From the NCBI GenBank assembly GCA_964593705.1, contig CAZQIV010000004.1, positions 27,646 to 91,645 of the forward strand: a stretch of DNA of 64,000 bases, in the 5' to 3' direction. How positions within the stretch are numbered: position 1 is the first letter of the stretch; each line of letters begins with the position of its first letter. This DNA comes from an uncultured Lentimicrobiaceae bacterium. GTDB taxonomy: Bacteria; Bacteroidota; Bacteroidia; Bacteroidales; 4484-276. Positions 53,588-62,039 of the stretch are shown in pieces. The notes under the pieces were generated by a model. That model had not been told where the DNA came from. It worked only from the letters and a program-made list of their open reading frames with translations, and ran no database searches. Both the position numbers and the translations under genes were made by a program.

Positions 53588-54343
53588 ATGACAAAACTTG
53601 AAGAAAATTTACAAAGGGCTGCGCAACTTATCAAAAATTCAAATTACCTGATAGCTTTTACCGGAGCCGGCATTTCAGCCGAAAGTGGAATACCCCCGTT
53701 CAGAGGCCCGGAAGGGCTGTGGAGTAAATACAATCCTGAAATTCTTGAGTTAAATTACTTTTACAGGAATCCTAAAGATTCATGGATTGTAATCAAAGAA
53801 ATTTTTTATGATTTTTTTGGGAGCGCTAAACCAAACCCCGGACATTTGGGACTATCAAAGCTCGAAGAAATGGGATTGCTCAAATGTGTGATTACCCAAA
53901 ACATCGACAACCTGCACCAGGCTGCAGGGAGCACAGTTGTTCACGAATTTCACGGGAACTCGCAGAAATTGGTTTGCACAAGTTGCAAGCAGCATTATGG
54001 CGTGGCGGAGGTTAATCTTAAAACACTCCCACCAAAATGCAATAAATGCAGTGGCCTGTTAAAACCCGACTTCATCTTTTTTGGAGAATCCATCCCCATG
54101 GACGCTTACCATGCCTCTGTTGCAGCAGCCGAAAAAGCTGATGTGCTACTTATCATCGGATCGACAGGAGAAGTGATGCCGGCAAATCAAATCCCATCGA
54201 TAGCCAAACAAAACGGGGCAAAAGTCATCGAGATAAATCCTGAACAATCAAATTTTACAAGTTTCATCACCGACATTTATCTCAAAGGGAAAGCCGGTGA
54301 AGTTATGACCAGCCTCATGCAGCATGTAAATTCTATTAGTTAG
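53588..54343 (+). CDS. cobB: NAD-dependent protein deacylase (Sir2 family)
   Basis: GAGISAESGIPPFRG, QNIDNLHQ, HG and a CxxC...CxxC zinc site. The stop TAG is the first triplet of a MITE-A terminal repeat. Confidence 0.9.
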   Translation: MTKLEENLQRAAQLIKNSNYLIAFTGAGISAESGIPPFRGPEGLWSKYNPEILELNYFYRNPKDSWIVIKEIFYDFFGSAKPNPGHLGLSKLEEMGLLKCVITQNIDNLHQAAGSTVVHEFHGNSQKLVCTSCKQHYGVAEVNLKTLPPKCNKCSGLLKPDFIFFGESIPMDAYHASVAAAEKADVLLIIGSTGEVMPANQIPSIAKQNGAKVIEINPEQSNFTSFITDIYLKGKAGEVMTSLMQHVNSIS

Positions 54344-54503
54344 TGTGTGTCCATAAAGTCGCCCACCACCACACACCCCTCTAACTCCCCTGAAGGGGAG
54401 AACCAGCCAGCGCCTTGGCAGCGAGGGATTTCCCCTTTAGGGGACTAAGGGGTTGCGAAGGAAATTAGCGAAAACATCGACTTTATTGACCGACACTAAT
54501 TAG
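54339..54503. mobile_element. MITE-A family copy with different cargo
   Basis: TIRs ttagtgtgtgtccataaagtcg / cgactttattgaccgacactaattag. The cargo has cccctgaagggg and cccctttagggg hairpins also seen in MITE-B. Confidence 0.6.
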
Positions 54504-54640
54504 AGTTCGTCTTTTTAGTCAGGTTTCCCGCAGATTTCGCTGATTTGCGCTGATTTTTTTCTGCGCAAATCAGCGAAATCTGCGGGAGATTCTTTAGCCT
54601 CGGATAGAAATAGTTGACTTTATGGACACGCACTAATTAG
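54497..54640. mobile_element. MITE-A complete copy, abutting the previous element
   Basis: ctaattagagttcgtctttttagt ... tttcccgcagatttcgctgatttgcgc / gcgcaaatcagcgaaatctgcggga ... gactttatggacacgcactaattag. Confidence 0.75.
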
Positions 54641-54738
54641 GTTCTACTACCATTTTTGTGGATTTAAATAATGAAATCATTAATATTTTACTTTCCACTA
54701 AATTCGCAGTCGTACTATAGACTAAAACCTTTTAACTT

Positions 54739-56298
54739 ATGAAATCAGAAATATTTAAAACCTCTACTTTTTTGATCGCAGCATTTTTTATGCTCATCAA
54801 TTTAAACTTAAATGCACAAGATAAATCCTATAAAAAAGAGCTCAGGGAATTGAAGGATTATTACACGCAGTCGATTCAGGATTGGGAAGTCCCGGGCATG
54901 GCCATTGCCATTGTAAAAGATGGTGTACCAATATTTGCCGAAGGATTTGGTGTTAAAAACATCGACACACAAGAACCTGTTGACAGCAAAACCATGTTCC
55001 CGATTGCTTCTAACACTAAAGCATTTACCGCAGCTGCATTGGCAATTTTGGTAGATGAAGGAAAAATTTCGTGGGATGATAAGGTTGTGGATTACCTCCC
55101 ATATTTTAAACTTTACGACCCTTATGTAAGTGAAAATATGACCATTCGCGACCTGCTGACCCACCGTAGCGGGCTTGAAACTTTTAGTGGAGACTTGCTC
55201 TGGTACGGAAGCAATTACAGCCGCGAGGAAATTGTAAAAAGGGCACGGTTTTTAAAACCCGTTTACGGATTCAGGGAACATTTTGGTTATTCCAACATTA
55301 TGTATGTTGCGGCAGGCGAAATTATCCCGGCGGTTACAGGTCAAAGCTGGGACGATTTTATAAAAACTCATTTCTTCGATCCGCTGCAAATGAACCGATC
55401 AATTAGCTCAACTACTGAGCTTTCGGATTTTGAAAACATTGCCACGCCACACACCGATTTTGAAGATCATGTTATTGCCATTGATTACCTTAATTGGGAT
55501 AATGTAGCAGCGGCAGGAGCAATCATTTCGAGTGTTGAAGATGTTTCGCAATGGCTTAAGCTGCAGCTTAACCAGGGTGTTTGGGAGGGCGATACTATAT
55601 TTTCGCCTGATCGCAGCCGTGAGATGTGGAGCCAAAATACAGTGCTGGGCATTTACGGATTTTCGGAACGTACCTGGCCTTCTACTTTTTTCAAATCCTA
55701 CGGTTTGGGATGGTCGTTGTCCAATTACCTGGGTCATAAAGTTGTGGGGCACAGTGGTGGCTATGATGGCATGATATCTTACACGTGCATGGTTCCCGAC
55801 GAAAATCTCGGTTTTGTTATTCTCACCAATAAAAACTCAAGTGTTTATTATCCCCTGATGTACAAAACCCTCGATGTTTTTTTGGATGGCGGTGATGAAG
55901 ATTGGAGCGAATTCATTCTTGGCTTGATGGAAACCCGAAAGGCAGCGGATGCCAAAGCTAAAGAAGAGAAGCTCAAAAACAGAATCGAAAACACGAAACC
56001 ATCGCTGGAGCTTCCGGCATACGCCGGGACTTATGGAGGTGAACTTTATGGCGATGCTACCGTTGAAATTGAAAACGATGCATTTTTTGTGCAGTTTGTT
56101 CCATCTCCCAAATTCCGTGGAAAACTAAAGCACCTCCATTTCGATACTTTCGAAATAACTTTTACTGGATTTTCTTCGCTTCCACCGGGTACATGTGCTT
56201 TTATACTTGATGCCGAAGGTAAGGTGGGTGAGATGAAAATTGATGTTCCAAATCCAGATTTTGATTTTACAGAACTGGAATTTATAAAGGAGGAATAA
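54739..56298 (+). CDS. Secreted serine hydrolase (beta-lactamase / class C-like family)
   Basis: Signal peptide, SxxK (ASNTKAF), YxN (GYSNIMY) and HSGG motifs; 519 aa. Confidence 0.8.
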   Translation: MKSEIFKTSTFLIAAFFMLINLNLNAQDKSYKKELRELKDYYTQSIQDWEVPGMAIAIVKDGVPIFAEGFGVKNIDTQEPVDSKTMFPIASNTKAFTAAALAILVDEGKISWDDKVVDYLPYFKLYDPYVSENMTIRDLLTHRSGLETFSGDLLWYGSNYSREEIVKRARFLKPVYGFREHFGYSNIMYVAAGEIIPAVTGQSWDDFIKTHFFDPLQMNRSISSTTELSDFENIATPHTDFEDHVIAIDYLNWDNVAAAGAIISSVEDVSQWLKLQLNQGVWEGDTIFSPDRSREMWSQNTVLGIYGFSERTWPSTFFKSYGLGWSLSNYLGHKVVGHSGGYDGMISYTCMVPDENLGFVILTNKNSSVYYPLMYKTLDVFLDGGDEDWSEFILGLMETRKAADAKAKEEKLKNRIENTKPSLELPAYAGTYGGELYGDATVEIENDAFFVQFVPSPKFRGKLKHLHFDTFEITFTGFSSLPPGTCAFILDAEGKVGEMKIDVPNPDFDFTELEFIKEE

Positions 56299-56462
56299 AA
56301 AACAAGCTGTGAGATTGAATATTTGAAAAGTTTTTGCTTTTGCACAGCCAATTGCTGGAGTATCTCAGTTGGTAGTCCGCCAGTTGGCGAATCCCAAGTT
56401 GAGGGTCGTGAGTTCTCCCTTGGGGATTCCTTCGGAATATCCTCATTTACCGCTCACTGGAA

Positions 56463-56504
56463 AACAGAGAGTTAAATTAATTTTTAACTCTCTGTTTTTT
56501 TTTT
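56463..56504 (+). terminator. Rho-independent terminator
   Basis: Perfect 14-bp stem aacagagagttaaa / tttaactctctgtt followed by a 10-nt T-run. Confidence 0.85.
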
Positions 56505-56590
56505 GGTGTAAACAATTAAGGTGTTGACAAGGTTAATGACCTTCATTTAAAACGACCTCAATATTACCTACAAGAAAAGTGAAATCAATA

Positions 56591-57313
56591 TTAAAATTCA
56601 CGCTTCAATTGTGCCTGAATAAAATCAAGCACTTTTTGATTCGATATAATTTCAGTCAATTGCTCCCATGTAATTACTATCAATGGTACCTTAAGTGACT
56701 CTTTATTTTGAATCAAACTTGCTAAATTCGATCCGGTTTGGTTTTGGTGACTTTGATTATTCTTCCATTTCTTTTCTGAAACTAACAGCACTTGAATACC
56801 GCACTTTTCGGTCGTTTTTCCCAAGTCGATGATCCGTTGTTGGACTTCCTTAATATCTTTTTCATAAGTCCAGTCAGACAGATACTTTACTTCAATCGAA
56901 AGAAAATGCTCTTTGCCCCAGATAATAATGTCAGAGACTTCTCCGCGATCAGGATAATTTTTTATCACCTAAATCAAATGATAATCAAACGAAACTTTAA
57001 TATCAGTAAGGGCTAATTCATGCAAGCTGTTGCTAAGCGAATCATTATCAATTCCGGGTTTACTGAAATATTGCTTACTACCAATCTTATCTTTCAGTAA
57101 ATCGAAAAAAGCAAATTTTTTCTTTTCATAATCCGGCAACAGCTCGTTAAATAAATAACCTACAAAAACCTTGTAGTAAAAATTACGCTCTTTGTAGGAT
57201 TCAAAAATTTCGAGCGGTTTTTCGGAAGAAGAGTTAAGGAATATCATAGCTGATAAATTTAATCTAAAACTATTTTTAAATAATATACTTATTACTATCC
57301 CACCATCGGCCAT
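56591..57313 (-). pseudogene. PD-(D/E)xK nuclease-like ORF interrupted by a single in-frame TAG (56969-56971)
   Basis: Track ORFs 56969..57313 and 56591..56968 are contiguous and in the same frame. The downstream part has YPD...x20...EVK. It could alternatively be two genes, with a GTG start at 56968. Confidence 0.45.
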
Positions 57314-57516
57314 TCTTTATACTGCCCTTCGGCTTGTTCCATAATTTCGGGCAGGTGCTTGTATTTTTGATTGATAAAATGGATGAAGCGATCTTTCAGT
57401 ACCACTTTTTTCAAATCACGGTTAATGTCCCCACCATGAAGGTAGGTGTAGCCCAGTTCTTCCAGCCATTCGATGGCTGCCAGTTCGATGTCCGATTCTG
57501 CCAGTTTATTCTTCAC
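57295..57516 (-). pseudogene. hsdR: Relic of type I restriction enzyme R subunit (first ~60 codons only)
   Basis: (M)KNKLAESDIELAAIEWLEELGYTYLHG...VVLKDRF matches the characteristic HsdR N-terminus. The ORF stops after 73 codons and no helicase domains follow. Confidence 0.6.
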
Positions 57517-57518
57517 AG

Positions 57519-58142
57519 CTAATCACTAAATTCGTGGATGCAATAACTCAATCCTTCCCAAAAAATCTGAAAACTTTTGGACCTGTTATTAAGTGGCTCC
57601 ATAAATTTTGAGATTTCATTTGCACATTCAGTTTTTCGTAACCCAGACTTAAAATAACCTCCAGCTTTTAATACCCTTTCCAAAGCTTCCCAGGTTCCAC
57701 CTCCGATCGAATCAGGATCTCTGTAATTGGCCTTTTTTTCAAAATTAGGTGATACTCTTGGAAATGCCGCACGAACTGCATCTGCATCGCCGAAAAACCA
57801 AGCTTCAAGTTCTTCAATAGCTATGCGTGTTAGCACCGAAAATCGATCACCCCCTGGAACACTGGTTTTGCTTCTCAAATTTGCTTCGGATGCCATGTTC
57901 TCCAATTTAGACTTCAGCTCATTACAATCCTCATTGTCTCTATCAACGAGAATGAGAATAATATATTCATCGGTAATCCATCTTGAGTATCCCCTTAATT
58001 CATTGGGAAGTTTTTTAAGCATATCTGTTTTCCCCTGAAAAGTAATAATACGGTAAGTGTGTTTTCCGGTTATTAACTTTGGTAAAATATTATGCAAAAC
58101 TTTTTCCGCAGAAAGCTCCTCAGTTAAAATTTCGAAATGCAT
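57519..58142 (-). CDS. DUF4276-like / Toprim-like small protein
   Basis: 207 aa. An N-terminal acidic residue (ILTEELSAE), a DRD triad (ILVDRDNED) and IEELEAWFFGD. The start is 2 nt after the ATPase stop. Confidence 0.6.
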   Translation of the reverse strand: MHFEILTEELSAEKVLHNILPKLITGKHTYRIITFQGKTDMLKKLPNELRGYSRWITDEYIILILVDRDNEDCNELKSKLENMASEANLRSKTSVPGGDRFSVLTRIAIEELEAWFFGDADAVRAAFPRVSPNFEKKANYRDPDSIGGGTWEALERVLKAGGYFKSGLRKTECANEISKFMEPLNNRSKSFQIFWEGLSYCIHEFSD

Positions 58143-58144
58143 AA

Positions 58145-59392
58145 TTATTTTTTTAGGGGTTTGAATTTATAGCTACCAGCATTTACCAATGGGTCTCCAA
58201 CATCAAAATGTCCTTCTACCCATAAATTACCTAACAAAGCACCTTCTTCAACGAATTCCTTTATACCCTGCATATCAACTGCACATTTTGCCTGGGTATA
58301 GCCCTTATCATCTCTGAATAAAACCCACAGTTCTTTTGGCTTTAAGCCGTTAACAAAAAATGGGCTGTGCGTTGTTACCATTAATTGTGAGGATTCAGAA
58401 GCAGCCCGGCACTCTTCAGCAAGATCGGGCAATAACCTTGGGTGTAGTTGATTCTCCGGTTCCTCAATACCTATGAGTTGAGGTGGCTCTGGATCATACA
58501 AAACTGTAAGATATGCAAGCATTTTAAGGGTTCCGTCAGAAGTAAATTTCGACAGGATTGGTTTTTCAAATGGGGCATCTTTTATTTGAAGCAATAGCCG
58601 GCCATCCTGCATGATATCGGCTTCAACCTTTTCAAGTCGAGGAACTCTTTCGGCTAATTTCGACAATATCTCATTTAGCTGAACAGGATGCTGTTCTTTT
58701 AAATATTGAATAACATTTGGCAAGTTGTCTCCCGTTGCTGAAAGTCTTTCCTGTGGCCCGGCTTCAGGCACACCCCGTGTATGATCTGCAGTTAGGTAGG
58801 AGAGATACCATCCTGTAATAAATCTTCTTAATGCTATTACACGTGGGTTTTTGGCAAGTTGACCAAGTGTATTTACCGCCAACATTTCAGGGCTGTCCAG
58901 TGATTCTTCCATCTTTTCGTCTGAAATATCCGGAGCTTCGCCCGTGATTACTTTTCCTTTACCTTTTTCAAATTCCAAAAAAGCAAAAGGATGTCCAACG
59001 CTACTTCGTTTCCATGAGAGCTTTTCGCTTACAACATAAGGCCCTTTTTGGCCTTCATCAATTTTTAGTGCGTAGGTAATAATTGGCGTTTTTTTCTTTT
59101 CACGGTATTTAATTTCAAACTCGATGGGGCCTGAACAATCTTTTGTACGAAGCTCTTTGAACCGCCCTCTCCTGTCCCAGGCTTTTCTTAGCCCGATGGA
59201 AAAACATTCGCTTAAAAAAGCAAATACATCAAAAACCGTGGATTTACCACTTCCGTTGGGGCCGAGGAAAACTGTTAATGGTGTTATATTTTTTAGTTCA
59301 AGGTTTTGTAAGGCCCTGTAATTCTTTACCCTCAGGTACTCAATCCTTGGAACTTCCCTGGATTGTATTTTTGACTTTTTCATGTTTTTCAT
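58145..59392 (-). CDS. ABC/SMC-type ATPase of the AAA_21/AAA_15 (OLD-, PARIS AriA-, AbiL-like) class
   Basis: Walker [10 protein letters not shown], Walker B/D-loop [14 protein letters not shown]-loop VTTHSPFF; 415 aa. Confidence 0.8.
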   Translation of the reverse strand: MKNMKKSKIQSREVPRIEYLRVKNYRALQNLELKNITPLTVFLGPNGSGKSTVFDVFAFLSECFSIGLRKAWDRRGRFKELRTKDCSGPIEFEIKYREKKKTPIITYALKIDEGQKGPYVVSEKLSWKRSSVGHPFAFLEFEKGKGKVITGEAPDISDEKMEESLDSPEMLAVNTLGQLAKNPRVIALRRFITGWYLSYLTADHTRGVPEAGPQERLSATGDNLPNVIQYLKEQHPVQLNEILSKLAERVPRLEKVEADIMQDGRLLLQIKDAPFEKPILSKFTSDGTLKMLAYLTVLYDPEPPQLIGIEEPENQLHPRLLPDLAEECRAASESSQLMVTTHSPFFVNGLKPKELWVLFRDDKGYTQAKCAVDMQGIKEFVEEGALLGNLWVEGHFDVGDPLVNAGSYKFKPLKK

Positions 59393-59640
59393 TTTAAAAA
59401 GTTACGCGATTCAACTACAAAGATATTGAACTTACTCCAACCTCCCCGCTAATCAGTTTCGGAAAAAGGTAATCGCGGGTTTGGGTTAAGGTTTGGTTTT
59501 CTTTATGATTGCTTCTGATTTGTTTGAAGTATGGCTCAACATTGAAGCCCGGAAAAAATAATTGATTGGAAATATTTTAAAATAGATTCCTCACTTCGTT
59601 CGGAATGACAGCCAGTTACGTTTATTTGGTGGGGGTTAGG

Positions 59641-59703
59641 GGCGGCAGCACAAAGTTCTTTTTCAAAATCAATATCGGTGCGTAGGGTAGATTTTGTAGC
59701 CAT
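59641..59703 (-). pseudogene. hsdM: Possible relic of type I R-M methylase subunit N-terminus (about 20 codons)
   Basis: The sub-threshold ORF MATKSTLRTDIDFEKELCAAA resembles the HsdM start ...GFE.ELW/F.AAdkLRG. It then runs into a dispersed repeat (…CHSERSEES). Confidence 0.3.
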
Positions 59704-59773
59704 GAAATTCAATTTGGGTTGAGTAGGTCAAAGGCAGAAAAAGTGGGGAAATAATTCATTCATTTGTTATTTG

Positions 59774-61444
59774 TTAGCCTTTCTTCTTCAAAATCCTAAT
59801 ACGATATTTTGATACCTGTTGATTTTTTAATGCAATCGGTGTAAATTTATAGAGCGTAGCATTAGAAAATATTTCAACAGAGCCTATCATTTTATATTTA
59901 TCTTCTGAATATTTATTGAGGTACCACGAGAATATCTTTGAAGGTGATTTTGGTCTTCGCAACCAGGATTTATTCACATCAACAATCACTACCACATCAG
60001 GGTCTGCTTCCTCGACCTCGGCAATCATCTGCGCTTGCATCGGCAGATTGTATTCATGATCTTCCATCATTGGATACATGTAAATAAACCCTGTGGCCGA
60101 AACCCTGTCGGCATGGAAATAAACCTGGGGTTCGGAACCAAGCACCAGGATTTTATCATCTTCGTTGGTATTCCTTTTGATAAAACCACCAATTGCTTCT
60201 GATTCTACAAATGGATTAAGGCCATAGATTCGCCTTGAGATATCCTTTGATTTTTCTTTAAAAAAATATTCAGCATTATTATTTATACCTATCCCAACAA
60301 TTACCATGATAATAAGCACCGATAATGTCTGCAAGGCCATGCTATTTTTACCTTTGATTTTGAGATTAGCAATAGAACCGACCGCTATGCCTGCAAAAAT
60401 TCCTACTGCAGGCAACAAGCAAATGAAATAGTGGGGTCGAAAATATAATCCCGGAACAATGGTCAAAAATGAAAAAATCAGAAATAAAATAACAAAAATA
60501 ACAGTGAAAGTATTTTTTCGGATAGAAGCATTAAAAAACAGTAATGGAATCCCTATTGCAGCAAAAACCCACAATACGGTAAACCCATCCATAACAGATA
60601 CCAGACTATTTGATAAATATTTCATGCCCCTATAAAAAGGAACCTGGCCTCCGTAGGCAAAGGGATACTCTATGGTCCAAAACAAAAAACTATCAAATAC
60701 TCCGGAAATATACAACATGAATAAAACTAAAATTATTGGAAACAGGCCACCTGACACAAAAATTCCAAGGTTCTTGAGGAACTGTTTGAAATTTCTCCTA
60801 TTTTCGATAATACCATGAGTTATCAAAATAAGGCCTCCAAAGGCACTAAAAAATATACCGCTTTGTTTGAATACCGGTGCGAGTCCAAAAAATATCCCTG
60901 ATATAAAATACAGGTACAATTTATTATTGTCGAAAGCTTTGAGCAGCAAAAGGATACCCGTAACTGCGGCAAAAGTTACAAAATGCGTAGCATGTCCGGC
61001 AAAGCCAAGAATGGTATCATTAAGGGATAAAAGTGAAAAAACCAATGCAGCAACCAATGCTCCGGAATTTCCTATTAATCTCTTAACAATAAAAAATAGG
61101 AATAAGGAAGTAACAAGGTTGATAATCAATAATCCAAAATGAATTCCTGCCACACTTTGTCCGAAAATCAACATAAAAAATGCATACATAAAATGTGTAC
61201 CCGGGAATTTCATGGTATATGCAGCTTCAAAAGGGGGGATACCGGCAAGCATCAATTGCCCAAAATAAGCATATTCGCCTTCATCCCTTTCGAGCGGAAT
61301 ATTCAATAAGCGAAGTCTGATAAATGCTGTAATGAGCAATATTACACCCAACAAAATAAAAACGATGTTCCTGTAAAAAAAAGATGGGGCTTTACTTTGA
61401 ACTTTGTTCGGTTTTAGCTTCTGATTGTTTTTCTTTTTCTTCAT
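59774..61444 (-). CDS. GT-C fold glycosyltransferase (ArnT / PMT_2-like, family 39/83)
   Basis: About 13 TM segments with a first-loop ERDEGEYAY motif. The track start at 61477 is TTG; the ATG (MKKKKNN) is at 61444. Confidence 0.7.
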   Translation of the reverse strand: MKKKKNNQKLKPNKVQSKAPSFFYRNIVFILLGVILLITAFIRLRLLNIPLERDEGEYAYFGQLMLAGIPPFEAAYTMKFPGTHFMYAFFMLIFGQSVAGIHFGLLIINLVTSLFLFFIVKRLIGNSGALVAALVFSLLSLNDTILGFAGHATHFVTFAAVTGILLLLKAFDNNKLYLYFISGIFFGLAPVFKQSGIFFSAFGGLILITHGIIENRRNFKQFLKNLGIFVSGGLFPIILVLFMLYISGVFDSFLFWTIEYPFAYGGQVPFYRGMKYLSNSLVSVMDGFTVLWVFAAIGIPLLFFNASIRKNTFTVIFVILFLIFSFLTIVPGLYFRPHYFICLLPAVGIFAGIAVGSIANLKIKGKNSMALQTLSVLIIMVIVGIGINNNAEYFFKEKSKDISRRIYGLNPFVESEAIGGFIKRNTNEDDKILVLGSEPQVYFHADRVSATGFIYMYPMMEDHEYNLPMQAQMIAEVEEADPDVVVIVDVNKSWLRRPKSPSKIFSWYLNKYSEDKYKMIGSVEIFSNATLYKFTPIALKNQQVSKYRIRILKKKG

Positions 61445-61559
61445 AGCCAACTTAATAGATGCATTATTTAAGGACAATTTGCAAATATATTGAATGTTTA
61501 TAGTAAGCCAGCCAAAAAACCAATTTTTAATGTGCGTACTAAGTACTTGTCATGAAATA

Positions 61560-61925
61560 ACGTGACTCATTGTAATAGATTTCTCCCGGCAACACACCCC
61601 CGAAAAATCGGGGCAGGCTGCTTCGCTTTGTGTTTTGGTACTAATGACAAGTAATGGTAATAAGCTGGAGTCCATGTTGCTGGACAGACCTCTCAGTCGC
61701 TACACTCCTACCAATGACAAATTTTTGTAACAAGTTTATTACAAATGATAAAATAGATTTCTCAGTCGCTACGCTCCTTCGAAAAGACACGGCTGTAATG
61801 TAGTTGGGGGGGAGAGGAACATCGGGCGCTCCGCGCCCGATGTTCCTCTCCCCATACAACCCAGTGTGAAGCCATGTCTTTTCGATCGCAGGGAGAAATC
61901 TATTCCACATTGTCATTTCCTTATT
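61560..61925. repeat. Cluster of nested Bacteroidetes-type intergenic repeats
   Basis: Three copies of atagatttctc... modules (61575, 61753, and inverted at 61900), aatgaca motifs, and a perfect 21-bp-stem hairpin at 61809-61853. The track ORFs here are artefacts. Confidence 0.7.
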
Positions 61926-62039
61926 ATGCCCAAAAATTTTGGGTGAACTCTCGAAAAGACGTGGCTATGGCTATACATGGGGTGAAAGAAAGCGATGAGG
62001 CAACAATTATCCGGCATGCCCTTTACTATCACTTCAAAC

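Noticed and set aside
56353-56460. Possible tRNA gene (gctggagtatctcagttggtag... with a T-arm-like ggtcgtgagttc).
   Set aside because: The D-stem cannot close (tctc versus gtcc). No 5-bp anticodon stem with a 7-nt loop can be drawn, and the acceptor 3' strand is missing. It is treated as a tRNA-like fragment or repeat chimera, not a gene.
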